From: Candidatus Zixiibacteriota bacterium
GTDB lineage: Bacteria > Zixibacteria > MSB-5A5 > UBA10806 > 4484-95
Direction: 5' to 3'
DNA length: 64,000 nt
Assembly: GCA_037441845.1 (NCBI GenBank)
Contig: JBBIRK010000001.1
Location: 32,001 to 96,000 of the forward strand
Part shown: positions 26,077-35,929 of the stretch, one piece after another
Numbering within the stretch: position 1 is the stretch's first letter
Layout: each line of letters opens with the position of its first letter
The notes under the pieces: generated by a model
The model's database searches: none
Seen by the model: only the letters and a program-made list of their open reading frames with translations
Told to the model about the DNA's origin: nothing
Translations under genes and position numbers: made by a program

Positions 26077-28647
26077 ATGACGATTGAGGAATCCGGCTTT
26101 TCAGGCGACATCATCGGATTAAGCGAATCCGAGGCAGCCAGCCGTCTTCACGCTGAAGGTTTCAATGAAATCCCGGACGAGGGTGACAAGGGGTTTTCCC
26201 GCATCTTGCTGGATGTGGTCTCCGAACCGATGTTCTTATTGCTGATCGCATGCGGGCTCATTTACTTTTTTGTCGGCGATCTGCAGGAAGCCGCGATGCT
26301 TTTTGTCTTCGTGCTGATGGTAATCGCTATAACATTCTATCAGGAGAGAAAAACCCGGCGGGCGTTGAAAGCATTGCGGGATTTATCAAGTCCCCGGGCC
26401 TTGGTAATCCGCGACGGCAAGCGCAGAAGAATCGCAGGCAGGGAGGTAGTCAGGCAGGACGTGTTGATTCTGGCTGAGGGTGATCGGGTTCCTGCCGACG
26501 GTCGAGTTTTGTCAAGCATCAATCTCGAGATTGACGAATCGCTGTTGACCGGTGAATCGGTCCCGGTTCTTAAAGTCGACTCCGGCCGCGAAAATCAATC
26601 CGGCGCCGCTTATGACAATAACCGATCACGAGTGTATTCGGGGACTCTGGTGGTCAGCGGACAGGGATTAGTCGAGGTCACTGCCACCGGAGCCAATACC
26701 GAGATTGGAAAAATCGGCCGCATTTTATCCACGGTCGATGAGGAGCCGACACTCCTTCAAAAAACGATTGCAAAGCTCGTGCGCAACCTGGCAATCATAG
26801 GATCCGCAATTTGCGCGGTGATCGTCATCGTCTATGGAATCAGCCGAAACGATTGGATTCACGGAATTCTGGCGGGACTGGCCCTGGCTATGGCGATAAT
26901 ACCCGAGGAATTCCCCATGGTCTTGACCATATTTTTGGCATTGGGGGCCTGGCGTTTATCCCGCCGGCAGGTCTTGACCAGAAGAATCCCTGCTGTGGAA
27001 GCGCTCGGTGCAACGACGATGTTATGCGTCGACAAGACCGGCACGCTCACCACGAATCAAATGAGCGTCCGGAAAATAATAGTCGACGATGTCTCGCTCG
27101 AGCTAAGTGAGCGCAAACCCGACACAATACCCGAGCGATTTCACGAAATTATAGAATATAGCATCCTTGCCAGTAAACGCGACCCGCACGACCCGATGGA
27201 TAGGGCGTTTCTTAATCTGGGTCGGGCCTATCTTAAAGATACGGAGCATATTCATCAAGATTGGCAGATGGTTCAAGAGTATCCGATATCTCAGAAAATG
27301 TTGGCGATATCGCATGTTTGGAAATCGCCCGACGGCGACGATTTCGTAATCGCCGCCAAAGGCGCCCCGGAGGCGATAGTGGATCTTTGCCATCTGAATT
27401 CGAAAATACAGGAAAAGATCGTCGCGGCGACAAGCGGGCTTGCCGGCGAGGGGCTGAGAGTTTTGGGTGTGGCGCGGGCGCTGTTCAAGAAGGGGTTGCT
27501 GCCCGATATACAACACGACTTCGCTTTTGAATTCCTCGGGCTTATGGGATTGGCCGATCCTTTGCGGGAAACCGTGCCGGCGGCAATCAAGGAATGTAAT
27601 GAAGCAGGCGTGAAAGTAGCCATGATCACCGGTGATTATCCGGAGACGGCCAGAAGTATCGCCAAGCAAGCAGGGCTGAATACGAAAGAGATTATCACCG
27701 GAGAGCAGATCGCCCTTATTGACGATGCGGAGTTGAAAAGCAGGCTAAAACAGGCGCGGGTGTTCGCCCGGATAATGCCCGAGCAGAAACTGAGGATAGT
27801 CAACGGATTCAAAGCGGCCGGCGAGATTGTGGCGATGACCGGAGACGGTGTCAATGATGCGCCTGCGCTCAAGGCGGCTCATATCGGTATCGCCATGGGC
27901 AGCCGTGGCACCGATGTCGCCCGCGAGGCGTCCTCGCTGGTAATCCTCGATGACGACTTTTCGTCAATTGTCCGGGCGATAAGGTCGGGGCGAAGAATCT
28001 ATGACAACATAAAAAAGGCGATGGTCTATATATTCGCGATTCATATACCGATCGCCGGAATGTCGCTTCTACCGGTTTTATTGGGATTGCCGCTTGTACT
28101 TTTCCCCGTCCATATAGTATTTCTCGAGTTGATAATCGACCCGGCTTGCTCGATCGCATTCGAAGGCGAGCTTGAGGAAAAGAACATAATGGCCAGGCCG
28201 CCTCGCAGTGCGCAATCCCCGTTGTTCGGCCGAAAAGAAATATCGATCGGGCTGCTACAGGGATCGGCCGTGCTGCTGCTTATGGCGATCATCCATATTA
28301 TCAGCATCTATCGGGGGCGGGTTCCAGAGGAAGCCCGCGCGCTGGCGTTCACCACGCTGATACTCGCCAATCTCGGCTTGATATTGACTAACAGGTCATG
28401 GTCGCGTTCAATCGGCACCACCCTCGGTTCAACCGGCGCCGCCCACTGGCTTGTAATAGGCGGTTCTTTAACGTTTCTGTCGGCGGCATTATATATTCCC
28501 TCGCTTAGAGAAATTTTCAAGTTCGAAATGCTCCATTGGGCGGATTGGTTGATTTGTCTTGGCGCGGCGATGGCCGGTTTTATCTGGTTCGAATCGATAA
28601 AAAGGATTTACGGCCGAAGTAATATGTCGCCTGATGTCCATGGGTGA
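26077..28647 (+). CDS. Cation-translocating P-type ATPase (P2A/Ca2+-type-like)
   Basis: LTGES, IPEE, DKTGTLT, KGAPE, MITGD, TGDGVNDAPAL. Confidence 0.93.
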   Translation: MTIEESGFSGDIIGLSESEAASRLHAEGFNEIPDEGDKGFSRILLDVVSEPMFLLLIACGLIYFFVGDLQEAAMLFVFVLMVIAITFYQERKTRRALKALRDLSSPRALVIRDGKRRRIAGREVVRQDVLILAEGDRVPADGRVLSSINLEIDESLLTGESVPVLKVDSGRENQSGAAYDNNRSRVYSGTLVVSGQGLVEVTATGANTEIGKIGRILSTVDEEPTLLQKTIAKLVRNLAIIGSAICAVIVIVYGISRNDWIHGILAGLALAMAIIPEEFPMVLTIFLALGAWRLSRRQVLTRRIPAVEALGATTMLCVDKTGTLTTNQMSVRKIIVDDVSLELSERKPDTIPERFHEIIEYSILASKRDPHDPMDRAFLNLGRAYLKDTEHIHQDWQMVQEYPISQKMLAISHVWKSPDGDDFVIAAKGAPEAIVDLCHLNSKIQEKIVAATSGLAGEGLRVLGVARALFKKGLLPDIQHDFAFEFLGLMGLADPLRETVPAAIKECNEAGVKVAMITGDYPETARSIAKQAGLNTKEIITGEQIALIDDAELKSRLKQARVFARIMPEQKLRIVNGFKAAGEIVAMTGDGVNDAPALKAAHIGIAMGSRGTDVAREASSLVILDDDFSSIVRAIRSGRRIYDNIKKAMVYIFAIHIPIAGMSLLPVLLGLPLVLFPVHIVFLELIIDPACSIAFEGELEEKNIMARPPRSAQSPLFGRKEISIGLLQGSAVLLLMAIIHIISIYRGRVPEEARALAFTTLILANLGLILTNRSWSRSIGTTLGSTGAAHWLVIGGSLTFLSAALYIPSLREIFKFEMLHWADWLICLGAAMAGFIWFESIKRIYGRSNMSPDVHG

Positions 28648-28803
28648 TCCGCCTAATTTGATTAGGCCGTCTTTCCATCCATTTAATCTCTTGTCAGAAA
28701 CGATGTATACGGTTAAATTTACCTCCGACCTGAAATTTCGTTTTACTGAACGGATGTCAAAAATTGAAATTCGAGCCGGTTCACAAGGAAATCGTGGCTT
28801 ATC

Positions 28804-29289
28804 GTGGAAAAGAAGAATCTATTACGTTATTGGAGAAATGTCCGTCGGCTGACGATAAAGTTGCTCGATGAATTCCCTCCGGATAAATTCGATTTCCGTC
28901 CGACCGCCGAGGTGATGACGGTTTCTCAATTGTTTCGTCATATTCTCGAGGTGGAATTGTATATCCGCCGGGGATTTATGGAGGGAATATGGACGAAAGT
29001 CGGCGAGCCGGCGGTCAACTTATTCGAAAAGGATATGCTGCGCGACAAACTGAAATACGAACACCGAAAGACCTTGCAAATGCTCTCCGAAGTGCCGGAC
29101 GGAAAATTCATGGCGATAAACTCGACCCCTTTCGGCGAGATAACCGGCGAGATTCTGATCCAAGTCGCCATTGACGAGGAAATCCATCACCGGGGGAATT
29201 TATATACTTATCTTAGATGCATAGGCAAGACTCCGCCGCAGATGATCCAATATTACGGCGATATACTCAAGGAGAACTCGGATGTTTGA
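28804..29289 (+). CDS. DinB/YfiT superfamily protein
   Basis: F.P...VMT.....HI and EIHHRG.L..YLR..G..PP motifs. GTG start. Confidence 0.85.
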   Translation: MEKKNLLRYWRNVRRLTIKLLDEFPPDKFDFRPTAEVMTVSQLFRHILEVELYIRRGFMEGIWTKVGEPAVNLFEKDMLRDKLKYEHRKTLQMLSEVPDGKFMAINSTPFGEITGEILIQVAIDEEIHHRGNLYTYLRCIGKTPPQMIQYYGDILKENSDV

Positions 29290-30508
29290 TAAGATCAAAA
29301 GCAATATCGAAAACGACCGCCAAGGCGTGATAGATTTGCAAAAACTACTGGTCTCGATCCCGGCGCTGGCTCCGGAAAGCGGCGGCGAGGGCGAAATGAA
29401 AAAATGTCAGGCCTTGGTCGAATATCTTCGCCGCTGGCATTTCCCTGAACCGGAGTTCTATCATGCTCCGGATAATCGTGTGCCTGGCGGGAAAAGGCCC
29501 AACGTTCTTTATCGGATAAAAGGAAAAAGCGGAACGCGACGGGTTTGGATAATGAGCCACCTGGACATAGTTCCGGCAGGCGAACTGTCGTTGTGGAAAT
29601 CAGATCCGTTTCAACTCAGAGTCGACGGCGACAGGATCTACGGACGCGGCGTCGAGGACAATCACCAGGGGATGACGGCCTCGATCATTGCCGCCAAGGC
29701 TTTTATCGATCAAGGGATCGCCCCCGAATACGATTTGTGTCTGCTCATGGTGGCTGATGAAGAGGTGGGGTCGGAATACGGTATCAAATATGTTCTCGAA
29801 AACCATTCGTTGTTTTCAAGAGACGACTTGATAATCGTCCCCGATTCAGGCGAGCCCGACGGCGCGGCGATCGAAGTGGCCGAGAAATCGATAATGTGGC
29901 TTAAAGTGGTAACACGCGGCGTTCAGGCGCACGGATCCCGGCCGGACCTGGGCCGTAATGCGTTCCGAGCCGCCAGCCATCTGGTCGTGAGGCTCGACGA
30001 GCTTTATCGTAAATTCGACAAAAAGGACAGCCTTTTCCAACCGCCCTATTCCACGTTCGAGCCGACTAAAAAAGAAGCCAACGTGCCGAACGTCAATACA
30101 ATCCCGGGAGACGACGTTTTCCATATAGATTGCCGGGTTCTACCGGGAATTCCGCTGCTAGAAGTGGAAAACGCTATCCGCTTATGGGCGAACGATATCG
30201 AGCGTCGATTTAACGTTACTATCGAGTTTTCCTTCTCCCAAAAAGCCGAGGCTGCGCCGCCGACACCGGCCGATTCATCGGTGGTCAAAGCGCTGGCGGC
30301 GGCGATCAAGACGGTTTACAAGGTCAATCCGCGCCCCTGTGGAATCGGCGGCGGCACGGTGGCGGCGTTGTTTAGGCGGGCTGGATTCGAAGCTGCGGTT
30401 TGGTCGAAATTGAACGAAGTAGCCCATCAACCGAACGAATATGCTCTCATATCCAACATCCTCGGCGATGCGCAGGTGTTTTCGCACGTCTGTTTGAACC
30501 GGATATGA
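29282..30508 (+). CDS. M20 family metallo-hydrolase (DapE/ArgE-like)
   Basis: SHLDIVP.G, GRGVEDN, DEEVGS, Q.HGS.P, GGGT, AHQPNE. Confidence 0.9.
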   Translation: MFDKIKSNIENDRQGVIDLQKLLVSIPALAPESGGEGEMKKCQALVEYLRRWHFPEPEFYHAPDNRVPGGKRPNVLYRIKGKSGTRRVWIMSHLDIVPAGELSLWKSDPFQLRVDGDRIYGRGVEDNHQGMTASIIAAKAFIDQGIAPEYDLCLLMVADEEVGSEYGIKYVLENHSLFSRDDLIIVPDSGEPDGAAIEVAEKSIMWLKVVTRGVQAHGSRPDLGRNAFRAASHLVVRLDELYRKFDKKDSLFQPPYSTFEPTKKEANVPNVNTIPGDDVFHIDCRVLPGIPLLEVENAIRLWANDIERRFNVTIEFSFSQKAEAAPPTPADSSVVKALAAAIKTVYKVNPRPCGIGGGTVAALFRRAGFEAAVWSKLNEVAHQPNEYALISNILGDAQVFSHVCLNRI

Positions 30509-30573
30509 TTCGAATCCACTCAAATTGCTTGCGCTCATGATGACCGAAAATAGCTATCGGGACGGACTTTCAT

Positions 30574-30987
30574 ATGAAATCATATACTTACTATCATACC
30601 TTTAATATCCCTAAGAAGCGGGATTACATTTTGATCACCGGCCTGGTTGAAGAACAACTTGCCAAAGCCGGAATCAAGGAAGGGTTATGTCTGGTTGCAG
30701 CCATGCACATAACGGCGGCGGTATATATCAACGATGCCGAAGACGGATTAATATCCGATATCGATGAATGGTTGCAGAAACTCGCCCCCGAAGGACCGAA
30801 CTATCGACACCATCGCACCGGCGAAACCAACGGTGATGCCCACCTGAAAAATCTGCTTATCGGCCATCAGGTGATAGTGCCGGTAACCGAAGGCCGACTT
30901 GACCTCGGGCCTTGGCAGCAGATTTATTATGCCGAATTCGATGGCAGACGAAAGAAAAGATTGATAATAAAGATAATCGGCCAATAG
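30574..30987 (+). CDS. yjbQ: YjbQ/UPF0047 family protein
   Basis: HITAA..IND.E, Y.H....E.N.DAHLK, LGPWQQI...EFDG.R. Confidence 0.92.
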   Translation: MKSYTYYHTFNIPKKRDYILITGLVEEQLAKAGIKEGLCLVAAMHITAAVYINDAEDGLISDIDEWLQKLAPEGPNYRHHRTGETNGDAHLKNLLIGHQVIVPVTEGRLDLGPWQQIYYAEFDGRRKKRLIIKIIGQ

Positions 30988-31069
30988 CGATAAATTAAAA
31001 TCAATCAAATCAAGCCATATCCCGACATTAATCGCCATAATTATCGATTATTTAATCGACTGTCCCCTA

Positions 31070-31097
31070 TTGAAACGCGGATTAAAGTGTTTATAAT
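31070..31097 (+). promoter_or_regulatory. sigma70 promoter for the repeat lipoprotein
   Basis: TTGAAA (31070-75), 16 nt, TATAAT (31092-97). SD AAGGAGG before ATG 31140. Confidence 0.65.
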
Positions 31098-31139
31098 CGA
31101 TTCCGAAATTATATAAAAAACAAATTCAAGGAGGCGCAG

Positions 31140-33035
31140 ATGCGTAAGTTCACACCGTTATTGTTAGGCTTGCTTGCAGCGGTAATGCTTGCGGTAAACG
31201 GCTGTGACAAGCTGGGAATCACCGACACTAACAATGACAATGATGACGGAATCGTCCTCACTCTTAATGTTTCCACGATTCCGAGTGAAAGCTTCTCGGG
31301 CAAAACGATCAGAGCCAGCCTCTGGTCGAACTGGGGTGACGATACTCCCTATAAATATTCCGATGTCGTAGCCGGAGGATCATCCGCAACGATAAGGATT
31401 ACGAATTTAGCGGTAGGCAGCTATCATGTGGTGGTGGCGATCGACGAAGAGAACAATGGTTTTCCCGATGGGCCGGTCGATCCCGGCGATAGATTTTGGG
31501 CTGCCTTGAATGTGCAAATAGACAGCAGTAAGACGATTACCTGGCCCAATTACGCCTGGCAGCGCAATCACGATCATATTTTCGGAATCCAGAACATCCC
31601 GGCAGGCAATGACGGCAAGGTATGTGCGATGGGTCTTTTGCCACAAGGTACGGATGTCTTCAATTACCTCCCGGAGAATCCGATCGGGGGCGCCGCTTTG
31701 ATATACAACAATTCGGCGGTGATCTCCATAAATCCTCCCCCTGGGGAAGACTACGAGAACTGGGAATTGCCCCAAGGAATTTACGATCTCTGGGCCATAA
31801 TCGACATGGATAGCGACCCGGAGGATTGGTTCGACACGATCGGAGTCGGAGATCCGATTACCGAAGGCGACTATATTTATTCGCAGCTGAATTGGGAATA
31901 TGATGAATACATGAACGACGAGGATTTCCTGATCACCGCGGACTTTTCTTTGTATCAACCGATCACCGTAACTTTCAATTTATCGTTCCGCCCCGATGTC
32001 GATATGGACGGCCACGAAGTTCTCCTCAGCTTATGGGATGGTCTCGACCCCGAGGAAGATGTAAAATACATGAAAGTAATTGAAGTCAGCGGCTCCACCG
32101 CCACCGGGACACTCAATATCATTTCGGCGGATACGCTTAATATCGTTCTTTTCGGAGACAGGACCAACGACGGCATAATGGGGCCGGACGACCCACTCGA
32201 TCAGGGCGATTATTTGTGGGGCGCCTTGAATGTTCCATTCACCGGCGATCAGACCGTAACCGTTGAATCCCAATGGTGGCAGACTGCGCATTCGTTGGTT
32301 GTGCTTATCGACAATTTACCATCCGGATGCGAGGGCAAAGTGGCCAGTATCGGCATATTCGCCGATAACGCCAATCCTTTCGACGAGGAGACCCAATCGT
32401 ATATGGGAGGCGGGGCCGCCGTCTATAACCGCAGCGCGGTCATTTGCCCAACCCCTCATGAATGGGATACCACCTACTTTTTGGCGAATGGGGACTACGA
32501 CGTTTACAGCTTGATCGATATGGACGGCACCTGGGATGATTATGAATCGGAGGGGTATAATCCGATCAGCCAGGGAGATTATTATTGCAAATTCGACCTC
32601 AGTTATACCAGCGATCCATACGCCACCATTAATCCGCTCGAATTCCACGGCAACTATACGCCCGCGGTTGGTGTGACCGGCAACGTCACCTGTCCGACAT
32701 TTACTCCGGGTCAGGGCGATATCTACCTTTTCCTTTTCAAGACGAATCCTCTGTTCGACTCGACGGCGGAGAACGTTTCAACGATTTCTATCACCCAACC
32801 CGGCGACTACTGGATACCATATTTCCCCGATTCTACGGTTTACGTTGTGGGATTCTGGGATGCCGATGGTTCGGGCGGAAATGAAGGTCCGACCCAGAAC
32901 GACATGATCGGCGGCTATGGCGCTCCGCCCGTGGACAGTCTCGAGCAGGTGCAGATATCGCCGTTTATCGGTGCCTCCGACATCGATTTCGAATTGAATA
33001 TAGTATTCGATACCGCTCAGTTCGGCGGAAATTAA
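31140..33035 (+). CDS. Acidic lipoprotein built of five beta-sandwich modules (A-B-A'-B'-C) with DxD/NxD-type loops
   Basis: Lipobox-like LAVNG-C22. Recurring loops AIDEENNG, IIDMDSD, FGDRTNDG, LIDMDG, FWDADG, each followed by P...(G/N)D. DUF2141/transthyretin-like by eye. Confidence 0.8.
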   Translation: MRKFTPLLLGLLAAVMLAVNGCDKLGITDTNNDNDDGIVLTLNVSTIPSESFSGKTIRASLWSNWGDDTPYKYSDVVAGGSSATIRITNLAVGSYHVVVAIDEENNGFPDGPVDPGDRFWAALNVQIDSSKTITWPNYAWQRNHDHIFGIQNIPAGNDGKVCAMGLLPQGTDVFNYLPENPIGGAALIYNNSAVISINPPPGEDYENWELPQGIYDLWAIIDMDSDPEDWFDTIGVGDPITEGDYIYSQLNWEYDEYMNDEDFLITADFSLYQPITVTFNLSFRPDVDMDGHEVLLSLWDGLDPEEDVKYMKVIEVSGSTATGTLNIISADTLNIVLFGDRTNDGIMGPDDPLDQGDYLWGALNVPFTGDQTVTVESQWWQTAHSLVVLIDNLPSGCEGKVASIGIFADNANPFDEETQSYMGGGAAVYNRSAVICPTPHEWDTTYFLANGDYDVYSLIDMDGTWDDYESEGYNPISQGDYYCKFDLSYTSDPYATINPLEFHGNYTPAVGVTGNVTCPTFTPGQGDIYLFLFKTNPLFDSTAENVSTISITQPGDYWIPYFPDSTVYVVGFWDADGSGGNEGPTQNDMIGGYGAPPVDSLEQVQISPFIGASDIDFELNIVFDTAQFGGN

Positions 33036-33056
33036 TCGGGATTGCAGTGAGGGGAT

Positions 33057-33094
33057 GCGGGCGTCGGAAGATGATTTCGGCGCCCGCTTTTTTT
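33057..33094 (+). terminator. Rho-independent terminator
   Basis: GCGGGCGTCGGAA-GATGA-TTTCGGCGCCCGC followed by a T run, between convergent genes. Confidence 0.85.
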
Positions 33095-34334
33095 AGGCCA
33101 GGTTCAACAACCTTTTCCTGACCAAATTCAAGGCCGCATAGGCGGCTCTCATACGGTTGCGTTCTCTGTCGGTTCCGTAACGAAATTCCTCGACGACGGT
33201 ATCCTGGCTGTCACACAAACCGACATACGTCAAGCCGACCGGTTTGCTTTCGCTTCCGCCGCCGGGCCCGGCTATTCCGGTTATCGCCAGACCGATTGCG
33301 GCATCGGTTAAGGCACGAACCCCCTTGGCCATGGCCATGGCGGTCTCCGCGGAAACAGCCCCATGGTCGATTAAAATCCGCTCGGGCACGTTCAAGACAT
33401 TGACTTTGACCTTGTTGGCATATGCGATGATACCACCCAAGAAATATTCCGATGAGCCCGGCACATCGGTCAACAGTTTGCCGGTTAAGCCTCCGGTACA
33501 TGATTCGGCCACCGCCAGAGTGAGCTTTCTTTCTTTGAGTAAATCGCCGATCACCGCAGGCAATTCATCGCCATCGAATCCGAAAATATATTTGCCGATA
33601 CGTTCGCGGAATTTGCCGACGATTTCATCGATCGCTTGGTTGGCTTTTTCTTCGGAACTCGATCTGGCCGTGAAGCGGATATCCACTCCTTTGTACCCCG
33701 GAAGGAATGCGATTTTGATTTGCGGATTCTGTTCGATCAAACCGCCAACCTTTTCGAATATCGCCGCCTCCATTATGCCTATGGTACGTATGGTTTTCTG
33801 GATTATGAAGTTCCTCGGCCCTCTTTGTTTTAGCATCGGCAAAACACTATCCGTAAACATCGCTTTCATTTCGGCGGGAACCCCCGGCATGGCGATCAGG
33901 ATCTTGTCCCCTTCCTCGAATACGATGCCCAACGCCGAGCCGATTTTGTTTTCGATAAATTTCGCCCCCTGCGGCAATAACGCCTGGTTTTGGTTCACGG
34001 CAGGCATTGTCACCCCGAGGTCGCTGTATCTTTTCAGGAGGTCTTTCAAAACATCTTCGTGGAATACGAGCTGGCGCTTGAAAAATTTGCAAAGAGTTTT
34101 TTTGGTGATATCGTCGTGGGTCGGCCCCAGTCCTCCGGTTACCAACACGATATCGGCGCGATTCAGCGCTACGCCTAACGACGCAAGAATCGTGTCGGCC
34201 TGGTCCCCCACGGATGTGTGATAGATCAGGTCGATACCCGCCTCGGCCAATTTCATCCCTATAAAAGCGGCATTCGTGTCGAGCGTATGCCCTAATAACA
34301 GCTCGTCTCCGATCGTGATCAATTCGGCGTTCAT
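33093..34334 (-). CDS. cinA: Competence/damage-inducible protein CinA (MoCF domain + NMN deamidase PncC)
   Basis: AELITIGDELL.G..LDTNA, TGGLGPT.DD.T, AESCTGG, HGAVS, ITGIAGPGG...KPVG. ATG overlaps the pgpA stop. Confidence 0.94.
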   Translation of the reverse strand: MNAELITIGDELLLGHTLDTNAAFIGMKLAEAGIDLIYHTSVGDQADTILASLGVALNRADIVLVTGGLGPTHDDITKKTLCKFFKRQLVFHEDVLKDLLKRYSDLGVTMPAVNQNQALLPQGAKFIENKIGSALGIVFEEGDKILIAMPGVPAEMKAMFTDSVLPMLKQRGPRNFIIQKTIRTIGIMEAAIFEKVGGLIEQNPQIKIAFLPGYKGVDIRFTARSSSEEKANQAIDEIVGKFRERIGKYIFGFDGDELPAVIGDLLKERKLTLAVAESCTGGLTGKLLTDVPGSSEYFLGGIIAYANKVKVNVLNVPERILIDHGAVSAETAMAMAKGVRALTDAAIGLAITGIAGPGGGSESKPVGLTYVGLCDSQDTVVEEFRYGTDRERNRMRAAYAALNLVRKRLLNLA

Positions 34335-34831
34335 AACACAATCCACTCCACTCCGATGCCTTTCATAAAGGCGATAATCATCTGCAGCAAGACGGCTGCG
34401 TAAAGCCCAGCTGCCATATCATCGGCGACCACTCCTCTTCCCCCAGGGAGTTTTTCCCATTCGCGGGCAGGGGGTAGTTTTACAATATCGAATATCCTGA
34501 ATAAGACGAAAGCCAACAAAAAAGATATTATCGAATGCGGCACCATAAACAAAGTCACCGCCTGGCCGGCGATTTCATCGATAACTATATGCCTGTCGTC
34601 GTGACCGTAAATATGTTCGGCCAAACCCGCGGTGAACTCGGCCAAAATCCAAAGCCCGAAAATGCACGGCAACTGAAAATACCAGGCGGTCGGCCAGGCA
34701 AACCATAATATGCAGCAACACAGAAGCGATCCCCAGGAACCGGGTGCCTTGGGCAGATAACCGGTATAAAATCCACTGGCGATCGCCTTGATCGGATGGA
34801 CAAAGGGCGATCGCAACAGAAACGAGTTCAC
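34331..34831 (-). CDS. pgpA: Phosphatidylglycerophosphatase A
   Basis: G..P.APGS.GS, D...IVIDE..G, F.LFRIFDI.K..P, GG.GVVADD..AG. GTG overlaps the pgsA stop. Confidence 0.92.
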   Translation of the reverse strand: MNSFLLRSPFVHPIKAIASGFYTGYLPKAPGSWGSLLCCCILWFAWPTAWYFQLPCIFGLWILAEFTAGLAEHIYGHDDRHIVIDEIAGQAVTLFMVPHSIISFLLAFVLFRIFDIVKLPPAREWEKLPGGRGVVADDMAAGLYAAVLLQMIIAFMKGIGVEWIVL

Positions 34832-35415
34832 CGCAGGCTTCCTTTCAACAAACCGCTTGATTTGATCAAATAATCGATTCCGGTGGTTATCGAAAGTATA
34901 AGCGTGATCAGAATCATGATATCGAATACCAGATAAGTGGTTTGCGAATGAAACATTTTCCAATCGTATCCCGCCGGCGCCATCCAGGTCTTCATGTTTA
35001 TGTATATCAATATACATGAAATAACCAGCATTTGCAGGGCTGTTTTCAATTGAGCGGCGAAAGACGGCGTAATCACCGCGCCTCGATAAGCCGCCAGCGA
35101 ACGCAATCCGGTAACGGCGAACTCCCGAAAAATAATCACGGTAACCATCCATGCCTTGGCATAACCGAGACTGACGAATGACACGAAAGCGACCGAGATC
35201 AGGATTTTATCCGCCAAGGGATCCATGAATTTCCCGAATCCGGTCATGCGGCCCAATCGCCGGGCAAGATAGCCATCGAAAAGATCGGTCAGGGCGGCGC
35301 AAAGAAAAACCACCGTGGCCGCCAGCCTGCTGTATGGGTTTTCGATCAAAAAAAGCACCATATAGACCGGCGACAAAATTATCCGCAGGATAGTCAGCAG
35401 ATTCGGTAAATTCAT
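34828..35415 (-). CDS. pgsA: CDP-diacylglycerol--glycerol-3-phosphate 3-phosphatidyltransferase
   Basis: MNLPNLLTILRI, TDLFDGYLARR.G..T.FGKFMDPLADK, RE.AVTGLR. Confidence 0.95.
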   Translation of the reverse strand: MNLPNLLTILRIILSPVYMVLFLIENPYSRLAATVVFLCAALTDLFDGYLARRLGRMTGFGKFMDPLADKILISVAFVSFVSLGYAKAWMVTVIIFREFAVTGLRSLAAYRGAVITPSFAAQLKTALQMLVISCILIYINMKTWMAPAGYDWKMFHSQTTYLVFDIMILITLILSITTGIDYLIKSSGLLKGSLR

Positions 35416-35818
35416 CGATAATTTTCACCTCGGCTGATGCCAATGTTTTTGCCCGTCTGCACCATGCCGATTCGATGCCAATTATACAGAAAATCGGGCC
35501 GATAAGCATGGCAAATCTGCATATTAGTACGGCCTTTTCACGTGGAATGAAGTCTAATACCGCAGACTAAATACAATCCATAAAATGTTCATTAGAAAGC
35601 CGACACCCGCAAATTGAGAAAATCCTTGACAAGTCTTTAATTATTTTGATTATTAAATATGCAATTAACACCATCTTTGAGCTCGCATCATTTGGCCCGA
35701 TTTTGGTTGACGACTCTGAATAAGGATTTAGAGTAAAAGCATTCCATAGAAATTGTTTAATTGTCGTAATACTTAGAAATTCAATGAAGATTTCAAAGGC
35801 CATAATTGATATTGCGTG

Positions 35819-35884
35819 GCCGTATGATACGGCCGAAAGGAGGTGTCGTCGATTGGATGCGATTTTCGATTGATCTCCCAATCA
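35819..35884 (+). promoter_or_regulatory. Structured 5' leader: hairpin, extended SD-like AAAGGAGGTG, second hairpin
   Basis: GGCCGTA-TGA-TACGGCC, then GAAAGGAGGTG (35835-45), then GATTGG...CCAATC. About 85 nt upstream of the gene's own SD and ATG. Confidence 0.45.
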
Positions 35885-35929
35885 AACTCTAACCATTTGG
35901 TAAATTTAGTAGCGGAGGAGAGAGCATAT

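Noticed and set aside
33244..34221. 325-aa antisense ORF, and similar ones at 20699-21664, 55042-55926, 11095-11892 and 428-1132
   Set aside because: They lie opposite well-supported genes and have no motifs or SD. Such ORFs are expected from codon bias.
35843..35929. GTG start for the large protease at 35843
   Set aside because: That GTG is part of the SD-like motif itself. ATG 35930 has its own SD and begins a normal signal peptide.
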